From assembly GCA_003152165.1 (NCBI GenBank), contig PLZO01000022.1, forward strand, positions 2,362 through 66,361: DNA of 64,000 nucleotides, in the 5' to 3' direction. Below are positions 29,113-37,312 of the stretch, one piece after another. The stretch is from Chloroflexota bacterium. GTDB taxonomy: Bacteria > Chloroflexota > Limnocylindria > Limnocylindrales > CSP1-4. A model generated the notes under the pieces. It made no database searches. It saw only the letters and a list, made by a program, of their open reading frames with translations, and had not been told where the DNA came from. Every line of letters starts with the position of its first letter. Within the stretch, counting starts at the first letter, position 1. A program made the translations under genes and the position numbers.

Positions 29113-29619
29113 TTAGCCGGAGGGTCCGGCCTGGGGATCGTCCGGATCTCCGCCCCCGACCCCGCCGCCGGCATCGCGCTTCTCGGTGTCCGCCAGCTTG
29201 CGCCGGTTCGTCTCGCGAGTTCTCAGGATCGAGCCGGCTGCCTTCATCGAGTCAACCGTGGGCGGGGGGTTGGCCGCCCGGCGCTGGCGGCCCAGCTCCC
29301 GAGCGGCCTGCCGGGCCGCGGCCCGGGCGGCCGTGCGTGCCCCGATCGTCGCCTCGTAGCCCTGCTCGCTCGGCTGGTAGTAGCGCCGTTCGGCCAGCGC
29401 TTCGGGCAGGTACAGCTGCGCGATGTCGGAGTCCTCGAAGTCGGGCGGATAGCGATAGCCAACGCCATAGCCATAGTGCTTCATGGCCGGATGCCCCGCG
29501 CTGCGCAGGTGGAGCGGGACCGGCAGCGCCCCACTCGCGTCAAGGTCCGCGACGGCCGCCCAGTAGGCGGTCCCGGATCGGTTCGACTTCGGGGCGGTGG
29601 CCAGGTAGGTCGTAGCTTG
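29113..29619 (-). pseudogene. Displaced 3' remnant of rarA (C-terminal ~170 codons, no 5' part)
   Basis: Translation (…TAPKSNRSGTAYWAAVADL…LPVPLHLRSAGHPAMKHYGYGVGYRYPPDFE…QGYEATI…) is about 60% identical to the C-terminus of the intact RarA at 41287-42795. Codon usage matches the host (GC3-rich). Homology stops at about 29620; the upstream 26 codons are unrelated. Confidence 0.7.
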
Positions 29620-29698
29620 CGCCCATGGACATCGTTCGTCGCGTCGATTATCGTGATCCTGGCGACCCCATTCGACCCCGAACTCGAAGGACCTCACG

Positions 29699-31018
29699 AT
29701 GACAACGATACGGCCCGCTGCCTATGTCAGGAAGAGCCATCGCGACGCCGTCTCGGCGACGGCTCAACTAGCGTCCATCCAGGAGCTTGCCATCCGGCAG
29801 GGTGTCACCGCACCGCTGGCGGTCTATGCCGATGTTGGGGTGTCCGGGCGTGCCGGGAAGAGGGGTGTCAAGTCAGAGTGGGGTCGCCTGCGCGATGACA
29901 TCACCGCGGGCTCCATCACCGTCGTCTACGTGACCGCCCTCGACCGTGCCGGTCGCTCACTCCTCGAATGGCTTCAGTTCGTCGAGCTCTGCGTCGCCAA
30001 GGGGGTCGAGGTCCGTGACCAGTCGGGCGTCGATCGAACGTCGGGTGACGCCGAGGACATCGCCACCATCGAGATGATGATGGCGCAACGTGAGGGGCGC
30101 AAAGCCGTCGAACGATCCGCCCGTGGTCGAGCCACGCAGGCCCGCAGGGGGGATGACGTCTACCAGGGCCACCCACCGTACGGGTGGATGCGCGTCAAGG
30201 ACGCCAACGGGCGCATCACGCAGATCGCCAACCCCGCCGAGCCGCTCCAACCCCTCCTAGAGGCCATCAGAGCCACCAAGGGGAACGTCTTGGCCGCGGC
30301 GCGGTTCCTATCCACCTCGGGAGTTCCGACGCGCTCCGGGCGGCCTTGGGACGCTCGGGTGTTGACCCGCGCTCTCGACCGCCAGGGAGTGATCCGGGCA
30401 CGACGCGAGGGCGCACGCCGACGTCGCGGTCCGTCCGACGCGCCGTTGTCGCGGATCGTCGTGTGCCACTGCGGCGCAACGATGACGCCCGAGCGCGATC
30501 GTCGCAACGGCCAATGGCTCGGCCTCGTGTGCTCGGTCGGGCGCAAGGCGGGTCAAGCGTCGCACGGGCGGTACATCGCACGATCGCGGCACGTCATGGA
30601 GTTGCTCAAAGCGTCAATGCGGGTCACCACCCACCACATCGAGCGATCGTCGCCGACCGACACCGCCGCGCAGCGGACCGACCTCGAGGCGAAGCGTCGC
30701 CGACTCGGCATGGCGTTGGCCGATGACGCGATCGGCGAGGACGACTACCGCGTCCGAATGGAGGCCGTCAAACGCGACCTCGCCGAGCTCGATGAGAGCG
30801 TCGCGGGCGAGGGTGAGTGGATCGGATGGACTCACGGTCCGTTGGTCGACTGGACGGTCGATGACGTCGCGCTCGGCGATCGCCTCCGGTCGCTAGTACG
30901 ATCCGTCACGCTCGACACGGACATGATGCCCGTCGCGGCCGACTACCGCGTCCCGTGGTTGCCCGCTGGCGTGTCGCGCTCGCGCCGCTCTACCGAAGAG
31001 AAGCCTTCCCACGCGTGA
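29699..31018 (+). CDS. Large serine recombinase (serine integrase)
   Basis: N-terminal resolvase-type catalytic domain (AAYVRKSHRD…TAQ…, catalytic Ser context), recombinase domain, zinc ribbon (CHCG…C), C-terminal coiled coil. 439 aa. Confidence 0.85.
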   Translation: MTTIRPAAYVRKSHRDAVSATAQLASIQELAIRQGVTAPLAVYADVGVSGRAGKRGVKSEWGRLRDDITAGSITVVYVTALDRAGRSLLEWLQFVELCVAKGVEVRDQSGVDRTSGDAEDIATIEMMMAQREGRKAVERSARGRATQARRGDDVYQGHPPYGWMRVKDANGRITQIANPAEPLQPLLEAIRATKGNVLAAARFLSTSGVPTRSGRPWDARVLTRALDRQGVIRARREGARRRRGPSDAPLSRIVVCHCGATMTPERDRRNGQWLGLVCSVGRKAGQASHGRYIARSRHVMELLKASMRVTTHHIERSSPTDTAAQRTDLEAKRRRLGMALADDAIGEDDYRVRMEAVKRDLAELDESVAGEGEWIGWTHGPLVDWTVDDVALGDRLRSLVRSVTLDTDMMPVAADYRVPWLPAGVSRSRRSTEEKPSHA

Positions 31019-31486
31019 GTGGGTCGGCCGCTCGCCACGCTTCGCCTCGCAATGGGCTCTGCTCTTCACGCGCGCGTTGCTCTGCGGTAGCGATGCAGTG
31101 GGCGTGTGTCGCAACCTGACGCTGCTCGAACTCGATCGCGCGTGCGGCGAACTCCGCATCCGTCTCCGCGGCGCGCGCGGGGATGACCTTGTCGTCTTCC
31201 CGCCGCTCAGCGCGTGCGGGCCACGGTTCAACGGGACCCCACATCGAGCACCACGAGCAATCGTGCCAGTCGGGAGGAACGTCCATGTCGGGAGTCTCGC
31301 ACCTGCCTCGCGCACGCCTCTACGACCTGAAAGTACCGCCGACGAGCCTTCGACCGAGCACGACGTAGAGAAGCGTCGAAACGCTCCCGGAGAGGGCATA
31401 GCGAGGCTCCACGCACGAATCTCGGGTCGAGAATCTGGCACTTTCACGAGAACGGGTGGAAACACGTCTTTGGGCCGTTCTACGAT

Positions 31487-31527
31487 CTAGCTGCGCCTAG
31501 CGCCTCGCTTAGAGTGGCTCTGGTAGA
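31487..31527. repeat. Cluster of phased TAG-containing repeats (CTAGC, CTAGC, TTAGAG, GTAGAG; 10-13 bp spacing) containing the 12-mer TAGAGTGGCTCT
   Basis: The 12-mer recurs at 37450-37461 inside a second cluster (cgcTAGAGtggctctTAGCGcgctccTAGCGtcc, 37447-37479). CTAG is otherwise rare in this high-GC DNA. Both clusters lie inside the island. Confidence 0.45.
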
Positions 31528-31678
31528 GGCGTCCTCCGCGTCACGCTCCCGTGCCAGGAGCGCCCAACATGGCGGGCAAAGGCCGAACCCACTCGCGGCG
31601 CTTCCGGCCATCCAGCGCGCATCGTGATGCGTCCATGGGCGGAGGCACCGCTCGCACGGCGGCGGGCCCGCGTCGCGC

Positions 31679-32128
31679 TCAGCCGACTCCAGCACCGATC
31701 AGACCGCGCGATCGAACGACTTCCACCACGTCCATGCCGTCGTCGGGTGCTGCGGGCGACGCATCGACCGAGCGGAGCACGCCGTCCTCGTCGATCGGAG
31801 GTGACTCCTTCGCCACCCGCGTCGCCTCGCTGTTCCCGCCGGTGAACGTCGACTCGACCGTGACCGGGCGACGCTCTTTGGGTTCGGCGATCGCGTGGAG
31901 CCGGTGCGACGCGAACGCGGTCGACATGGCCTCGTCGGTCCTGCCGCCGATGACCGTTCCGCATGAGCACACAGCGCGACGTTTCGCGCCGTAGCGGACC
32001 TCCGCCACGACATGGCCGACGGCCATCCGCGAGCGGTTGCCTCCGAGCCGCTGGCCTGAATTCCATGAGGAGTGGCCCCTCACCGCGGCACCATGGCCGC
32101 GACGCACGCCGCGAGGATGAAGAGCCAT
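31679..32128 (-). CDS. Hypothetical protein (last gene of the minus-strand coupled operon); start uncertain (ATG 32128 or ATG 32026)
   Basis: ORF follows the upstream gene stop (32151) after 22 nt. No recognisable domain; contains CSCG. Confidence 0.3.
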   Translation of the reverse strand: MALHPRGVRRGHGAAVRGHSSWNSGQRLGGNRSRMAVGHVVAEVRYGAKRRAVCSCGTVIGGRTDEAMSTAFASHRLHAIAEPKERRPVTVESTFTGGNSEATRVAKESPPIDEDGVLRSVDASPAAPDDGMDVVEVVRSRGLIGAGVG

Positions 32129-32150
32129 ACCACGAAGAAGACGATCGTTC

Positions 32151-32330
32151 TCACCGCGTGGTGTCCGCGACGTTCGCCCTGATGCCGTCCTCGACGGCGG
32201 TCTGGACACGGGCGAGGCGGAGTGCTTCGCGACGCAGCGTGACGGCGTCGATCGCCTCCCGCCGCTGTCGCTCACGCTCCCGCTGCGTCGCGGACTTCGC
32301 GTGCGGAACGGCGGTGGCCATGTGGCCCAT
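32151..32330 (-). CDS. Small hypothetical protein (59 aa, Arg/Glu-rich helical)
   Basis: ATG at 32330 overlaps the upstream stop as ATGA (translational coupling). Sequence MGHMATAVPHAKSATQRERERQRREAIDAV…. Confidence 0.4.
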   Translation of the reverse strand: MGHMATAVPHAKSATQRERERQRREAIDAVTLRREALRLARVQTAVEDGIRANVADTTR

Positions 32331-33175
32331 CACCGGACCGTCCCGTCGGGCCGCGTCGCGGTGATCGTGGACCCGGTGGAGCCACGCTCTGACGACTTGG
32401 CCATCCCGGCGGGTTCGACATACTCCTCGCCGACCGCCCACGCCCCCATGGCCGCGGACATCTTCGCCGCGATCGACGTCTCGGCGCGTACCTTGAGCGA
32501 CGCGGTCACGACCTCGGGTCGGCCCGCAGCGAGGGCGGCATCTTCGATCAACTTGAGGACCTGCGTCTGCGACGCGAGGATCGCGCGCTCGTGTTCGATG
32601 GCCGCGGCTTGAGCGCGCGCCTCAGCCTGGACGAACACGCGACGCGCGGGATCAGCCAGATCGTAGTCCATATCGATGCTCTTGACGATGCTTCCCGCCG
32701 TTGCGTCGCCGAGTTGGCTTGCCGCCTGCGCGAGTACCCGTGCCTGCGAGAGCGCGCCGAGGCCGTAGAGGTTGATCGCCCGCTCGGAGAGCGACGCAAC
32801 GCGGTCCTTGTCCACCGTGCCGTTGGCCGTCTTCGCGTCGCGCACGAGCTGCGCGACTTCCGCCCGATCGGACGCGCGACGCGCCTCCTCGGCGGGTGAC
32901 TGGACGCGATCGCGTTCGGTCGCGAGGCCCTTCCGTGCCTCACGGACGATGTAGCCCGTCAAGCGCGACGTGCGCTCACGCGCCACGGCGGCGGCCGTGT
33001 CGAACGTGCCACGCGCGGTGGCCAAGTCGGCATCGAGCGTCTTCGGGTCGATGAGCACGCCCTGTGTCGCGCGCTCGGTGATGCGGATCGCTTGTGAGTT
33101 GATCTTGAGCACGTCCGCGTTGAACGCATCGGCGACGTCTTTCAACGTGTAGGTGGGTACTTCAGTCGGTGGCAT
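32330..33175 (-). CDS. Hypothetical alpha-helical protein (281 aa)
   Basis: ATG at 33175 preceded by gaaggagg at -5. Non-repetitive helical sequence; possible phage structural, scaffold-like or regulatory protein; no motif recognised. Confidence 0.55.
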   Translation of the reverse strand: MPPTEVPTYTLKDVADAFNADVLKINSQAIRITERATQGVLIDPKTLDADLATARGTFDTAAAVARERTSRLTGYIVREARKGLATERDRVQSPAEEARRASDRAEVAQLVRDAKTANGTVDKDRVASLSERAINLYGLGALSQARVLAQAASQLGDATAGSIVKSIDMDYDLADPARRVFVQAEARAQAAAIEHERAILASQTQVLKLIEDAALAAGRPEVVTASLKVRAETSIAAKMSAAMGAWAVGEEYVEPAGMAKSSERGSTGSTITATRPDGTVR

Positions 33176-33329
33176 GTGGGCCTCCTTCGAGGTTGGTGAT
33201 GATCCGATCGAGTACGTCCCGATCGCGCGTGGTGTCGAGCGCCCAAGCCGCCGCCAGGAGACGGATGAGGATCCGCTCCAGCGGTGTGAAGCTCGGTTCG
33301 GTTACTGATGTGCGACGCTTGCTCTTCAT
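33162..33329 (-). CDS. Small hypothetical protein (55 aa)
   Basis: ATG at 33329 overlaps the upstream stop as ATGA, with an aggagg RBS 5 nt upstream. Its stop overlaps the start region of the next gene. Confidence 0.45.
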   Translation of the reverse strand: MKSKRRTSVTEPSFTPLERILIRLLAAAWALDTTRDRDVLDRIITNLEGGPHATD

Positions 33330-33997
33330 GTGTCCTCCTGTGTCCTTAGGTGCTCCTTCACGTCAGGCGACGCGTTGGCCATGCCCGTAGCGTGGTGTTC
33401 CGTGTGCCGCCGGACCTCCGCCCGCGACGCCTCGATCGCCGCGGTCGGCTCCACGTAGTCGACCCACGGCATGAGCGGTAGGCCCAACGTCGCCCGGAGT
33501 GCGTTGGCCGCGTCGAAGCGGGCCCGTGGGTACGGGAGCAGCGCCGTGAAGAGCTGCGCTTCGAGGCCGCTCTCGACGAAGGCCTCCACGGCGATCGCGC
33601 CGGTGTCGCGCGTGTCCGCCGGCGGGGTGCCGATCCGTGCGAGGTCAGATGCCGCTCGTCTCCGCTCGGCGAGGATGCCCAAGCGCACGCCGGGACCGAC
33701 CGAGTCGAGGGGGATGTCCAGTCCGGCGATCACGCTCCGGAGGAGTTCCTCGGCGGTCAGCGGTAGTTCCTTCGCCTGCGTGGCTTCTGTTCGCCTGGGT
33801 GGCTCTTGCGGGCTACCGGTGACCACCGGAACGACATGCCCATTGCGCTTGTGCCGTGCGATCGCGTCCCGGTGGCAGCCGATCATCCGTGCGATCACGA
33901 CAGCGGGTCGACCGGCCAGGATCATGGAGTCGGCCATGGCCCGCTGCGGATTGCTGCAGACGGTACAGCGGCTCCCGATCACGGGTCCCTTGCTCAT
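33326..33997 (-). CDS. Zinc-ribbon + HTH DNA-binding protein (first gene of operon)
   Basis: I place the start at the ATG at 33997 (RBS ggaga at -7). N-terminus CTVCSNPQRAMADSMILAGRPAVVIARMIGCHRDAIARHKRNGH is a CxxC zinc ribbon plus an HTH, resembling phage small terminase/regulator N-termini. Confidence 0.55.
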   Translation of the reverse strand: MSKGPVIGSRCTVCSNPQRAMADSMILAGRPAVVIARMIGCHRDAIARHKRNGHVVPVVTGSPQEPPRRTEATQAKELPLTAEELLRSVIAGLDIPLDSVGPGVRLGILAERRRAASDLARIGTPPADTRDTGAIAVEAFVESGLEAQLFTALLPYPRARFDAANALRATLGLPLMPWVDYVEPTAAIEASRAEVRRHTEHHATGMANASPDVKEHLRTQEDT

Positions 33998-34088
33998 GGT
34001 CGTGTCTCCGGTCGCGCAGACACGACAGCGGTTGCGGTCCGTGCGCGGTGAACTCCCGGCGTGGTAACTTGCGACCCGGAGGTCGCGA

Positions 34089-34122
34089 GTTCTTCGCGAC
34101 GTGACGTGGACACGCGAAGAAC
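34089..34122. promoter_or_regulatory. Inverted repeat gttcttcgcg-N14-cgcgaagaac upstream of the 33997 operon; candidate operator
   Basis: 10-bp perfect inverted repeat flanking acgtgacgtggaca, about 90-125 bp upstream of the operon start. Embedded TCGCGA hexamers. Confidence 0.35.
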
Positions 34123-34139
34123 GCATCTGCGTACAAGCG

Positions 34140-34840
34140 GGTGAGAAGCCGCCTTCACAAACTGCTCCCCGGAAACGACGCCCGCGGGATACACCCCGGG
34201 GGTTGATACACGCCCCCTAGACGGTTGAGAGCACGTGTAAGAGGCACCGGCGGGGGCCGAGCGGCCGTTGCGTACGTCCGTCACGATGTCGCCCCTCTCA
34301 GTGGCAGTGCAGAGCGTGAATATGTATTTATCACAGCGGGGCATGCGACTCGTGGATATGTATTCACGAACGTACCCAACCGACGGCTATGTGTGTGCAC
34401 ACGTACGTCCACGAGGGATCGACTTCCGACAACGGCACCCGCCACCAACCAACGCTTGTAATGCAACCGCGAGGAATACTCGGAGGAACTGCCCCCGCAT
34501 ATCCACACACCCGCGCATGCAAGCGGCGCACCAAAGCGCCTCGAATACCTCGGTCGGCCGTCCACAACACCCGCGGCCCTCTGCACAACGGCCCCGTCCG
34601 TGCACCGAGCCGACACAAGAGCGGCACTCACACGACTCACCGATGCTTCGTGGGTGTATCCGCGGCCCCGAACCACATCGGCCGTCTGAGGGTGACCGGC
34701 ACGAGAGCGAGCAATATACTCAGTGCCGTTCTTTACATGCCCCGCTAATCGACACACGCCGTTGTACTCAAGCGGCCGCTTCCCGTATACGATAGCAACG
34801 TCATTCCGGAGCACTCCGGAGAACGAACCCGAAGGAGATG
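34140..34840. other. About 700-bp non-coding, comparatively AT-rich region with multiple short direct repeats (iteron-like)
   Basis: No credible ORF in any frame. Repeats: GATACAC(G)CCCC x2 (34188-34216); ATATGTATT(TAT)CAC x2 (34319-34366); CGTACGTCC x2 (34270, 34401); ACACCCGCG x2 (34507, 34567). Runs of CA/ACAC. Confidence 0.5.
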
Positions 34841-34841
34841 C

Positions 34842-35054
34842 ATGTTCCCATACACCATCGACTCGAGCCCCACCAAAGCAACCCCGAAGCGAACCGCTCC
34901 GAAGCGGATCTGGGTCCACTCCACACACGCCGTCATGGCCGCCGCGCGACGTTGGGATATGGAGCACATCCCGGCGATCCGAGCCGCCGAGGAAGCTCAC
35001 CCGAGTGTCGGCTTCGAGCGCGACGAATACGGGCCTCTCATCCTCAACTGGTAG
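34842..35054 (+). CDS. Small hypothetical protein (70 aa)
   Basis: ATG preceded by gaaggaga at -5. Sequence MFPYTIDSSPTKATPKRTAPKRIWVH…; no known motif. Confidence 0.5.
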   Translation: MFPYTIDSSPTKATPKRTAPKRIWVHSTHAVMAAARRWDMEHIPAIRAAEEAHPSVGFERDEYGPLILNW

Positions 35055-35164
35055 CCGACCACGATCGTCGTTGGCAGTGGTCAGTGCTAATGGCAGTGGT
35101 GACCACTTCCCGCCGTTGAGACCGGCATTCCATCCGCGCCTCCACGAACACTGACCACTACCAC

Positions 35165-35210
35165 CCCCCCTATTTATATAGGGGATAGGGGTGGTAGTGG
35201 TAGTGGTGAG
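35165..35210. terminator. Strong hairpin (13-bp perfect stem ccactaccacccc / ggggtggtagtgg, AT-rich loop ccctatttatataggggata) between convergent genes; putative bidirectional terminator
   Basis: Perfect 13-bp inverted repeat with a 20-nt loop, located between the 3' ends of 34842..35054(+) and 35231..35902(-). No U-tract, as is common in high-GC genomes. Confidence 0.45.
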
Positions 35211-35230
35211 GCGTGGTGCCCACAAGTGAC

Positions 35231-35902
35231 TCATACGTCCTCGGGGTCGGCGTCGGGATCGACACGGAAGTACAATCGCTTCTTCGCTCCGCCGACACTT
35301 GTCGCGACGTAGACGACTCGTAGTTTCCCGTCTTCAACGAGTTCCGCGACGCGCTTCCGGACCGTCTCGCGAGACCGCCCACTGACCTCAACGAGCGACG
35401 CCATGTCGAGCCCCTCACCGTCGGTCGGGATCGCGTCGAGGAAGCTCTCCCACTCGTCTTCCGAAGCGACGTTCAACGCCTTCGTGGCAGCGGCCTCGGC
35501 GCGGAAGACGTTGTAGAGGCACGTGTAGACGGCTTCGGTGTACTTGAACCCGCTTTGAGTGAACCGCTCACCGTCGCGTACAACGCACTTGGAGTCATCC
35601 CCGTACGTGTCCGACGGTAAGCCGACACGAGCGAGCTCTTTGGCCGCCCACACGTCGCGAGCGGTACGCGCTTCCTGGTAGGACGGGAACGTGCCGTCCT
35701 GTTTCGACCAACGGTTCTTCCCGTGGATGAGCGGGTCGAATACGTCGCGGAAGTCGTACGCGCTCGTGGCCTTCGGGCGGTCGGGATCATCGAGCGCCGT
35801 GCGAATATCCACGGGAAGCTCTTCGCGACGCAACGGGCGTGGTGGTTGAGGCCGTTGGGCGTAGTGCGTGTCGGTGCGTGCGTTCCAGTCGATGGGGCTC
35901 AC
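35231..35902 (-). CDS. Hypothetical protein with a C-terminal winged-helix-like segment (223 aa)
   Basis: GTG start overlaps the stop of the upstream XRE gene (GTGA). C-terminus …LVEVSGRSRETVRKRVAELVEDGKLRVVYV… is wHTH-like; the N-terminal 150 aa are unassigned. Confidence 0.5.
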   Translation of the reverse strand: MSPIDWNARTDTHYAQRPQPPRPLRREELPVDIRTALDDPDRPKATSAYDFRDVFDPLIHGKNRWSKQDGTFPSYQEARTARDVWAAKELARVGLPSDTYGDDSKCVVRDGERFTQSGFKYTEAVYTCLYNVFRAEAAATKALNVASEDEWESFLDAIPTDGEGLDMASLVEVSGRSRETVRKRVAELVEDGKLRVVYVATSVGGAKKRLYFRVDPDADPEDV

Positions 35903-36330
35903 GACGTCACGCTCTCGGCGACGCGGTCGGCGAGGAACGCGTCTACCTCCGCCACCGAATGGAGGCGATTGTCGTCGTAGGGCGGGTCAAGGAAGATGTC
36001 CCAAGACGCTCCTTCGACAGTACTCTGGCCACCGCCATCAACGCCGATGCCAGCGACGCGGAGTCGGTCTTCTTGGGAGTGTCGCTCCACGAGCGACGCA
36101 TCGACACCGGTCACGCTCTCGGCGATCGCCATCAGCCGCGACGCGCGGCCAGGTTCATTCCGTGGTGACCCGTGTCGTTCGACGATGGCCACGAGTGATT
36201 GTGAGAGTCCACCCAATTGCGCGAGCTCACTTTGGTTCAGTCCCGCCCGTAAGCGGGCCCGACGTAGTGCGACACCTTCGGTTGGGCGTGGTGCGCGTTC
36301 GGTGACGTAGCGTGGTCCTATTCGTGTCAT
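35899..36330 (-). CDS. XRE-family HTH protein with an uncharacterised C-terminal domain (repressor-like)
   Basis: ATG at 36330 with aaggaagg RBS. HTH LRRARLRAGLNQSELAQLGGLSQSLVAIVERHG; C-terminal region contains DIFLDPPYDDN. Divergent from the 36818 gene across a 470-bp region. Confidence 0.6.
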   Translation of the reverse strand: MTRIGPRYVTERAPRPTEGVALRRARLRAGLNQSELAQLGGLSQSLVAIVERHGSPRNEPGRASRLMAIAESVTGVDASLVERHSQEDRLRVAGIGVDGGGQSTVEGASWDIFLDPPYDDNRLHSVAEVDAFLADRVAESVTS

Positions 36331-36493
36331 TCGGTACCTTCCTTTCACTCATTCGTGCGAGTTGGTGGCGTGTAGAGAAGTCGATCGTTCAGTAGTATTC
36401 CCGAATGACAAGGCGGGTTCACGGTGACCCGACGATCACCCATTGGTAGCGGGGTGTTCTCGGGAGTCCAACCCGGTCTTCCGCCATTCTTCC

Positions 36494-36717
36494 GAACGTT
36501 CACGTTCGACTGCTTGGGTGATACGACTATTGTAACGCATGCTCGCCGGCTATGCGCACCTATAACCCACCGGGTGACGTCGCCAGACCACTCAGTGACG
36601 TTGCCCATATGAAGTCGATCGGATACGCGGTGATGTCATCAGCGCGCCTCTCCGTCGTTTCCTAGACGGTGTCGCCTGAATGCGCCATTGAAGTCGGCGA
36701 AGTTGCGTTTCACGTTC
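36494..36717. promoter_or_regulatory. Divergent promoter/operator region with repeated TTCACGTTC motifs
   Basis: gaACGTTCACGTTCgac at 36494-36510 (overlapping palindrome GAACGTTC) and a second TTCACGTTC at 36709-36717; a TTCACGG at about 36416. Lies between the XRE gene and the 36818 gene. Confidence 0.4.
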
Positions 36718-36817
36718 AAGTTGGCTATGGACAATCTGCGCGATCAGCGCGAAGGTTGACGTTGTCGTCGATCGACGATCACCAACGAACGACCGCGAGG
36801 TCGAAAGGGACTTTTCA

Positions 36818-37312
36818 ATGACACGGATCGCAACCGCCAAGGACGCCGCCGCCGCCATCAAGGTCATTCGGGCCCCGAAGGCCGCGAAGGTCGCGCCGAT
36901 CGTCGACACCGCCGCGAAGATCGTCGGCCAGTGCGTTGCATCGCCAACGCGAGCCCCACACATCAAGGTTCGTTGCACGAACCCGATCGGCACCATCAAT
37001 CACGTCCTTTGCGACGAACACGCCGAACTTCTCAAGGCCAACGCGAAGGCCGCCAAGGCGTCCGCGCCAAAGAGCGCGAAGGCGAAGCCCGTCAAGCCGA
37101 AGTCGGCGGGAACGTCAAAGGCTTCCACGAAGGCACCGAAGATCGTCACCGCTCCCGAACTCCCGACGCACGCCGCGAAGGTCGCCCGCACGTCGATCAT
37201 GCAACCCGCGCTCGCTCGCATCCCGCGACCGAGCACGTGGACGCCAACCGTCGAGCAACCCGCCACGTACGTCAACCTCGTGACGCCAGGCGGACCCGAA
37301 CCGACCGAATAG
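36818..37312 (+). CDS. Basic Ala/Lys-rich protein with a Cys/His cluster and a histone-H1/HU-tail-like repeat region
   Basis: RBS gaaaggga. Contains C-x11-C-x10-C-x2-H (CVASPTRAPHIKVRCTNPIGTINHVLCDEH), then KANAKAAKASAPKSAKAKPVKPKSAGTSKASTKAPK. Confidence 0.5.
   Translation: MTRIATAKDAAAAIKVIRAPKAAKVAPIVDTAAKIVGQCVASPTRAPHIKVRCTNPIGTINHVLCDEHAELLKANAKAAKASAPKSAKAKPVKPKSAGTSKASTKAPKIVTAPELPTHAAKVARTSIMQPALARIPRPSTWTPTVEQPATYVNLVTPGGPEPTE

Noticed and set aside
25461-29898. Long plus-strand ORFs (25461-26570, 26465-28117, 28117-29898)
   Set aside because: Antisense to the histidine phosphatase, serA, serC and rarA-remnant genes. His/Arg/Asp/Gly-rich with no motifs.
30160-30835. Multiple 70-180 aa ORFs inside the recombinase gene on both strands
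   Set aside because: They overlap the well-supported serine recombinase CDS and have Arg-rich artefact composition.
30990-31490. Possible small genes just downstream of the recombinase (30990-31286 minus; 31077-31490 plus)
   Set aside because: No convincing RBS, they overlap each other, and composition is ambiguous. Left uncalled; one could be a recombination directionality factor but I cannot support it.
34268-35234. 175-aa (+) and 317-aa (-) ORFs spanning the repeat-rich region
   Set aside because: Sequences are compositionally bizarre (His/Arg/Thr/Pro runs) and cross the hairpin. The region reads as non-coding.
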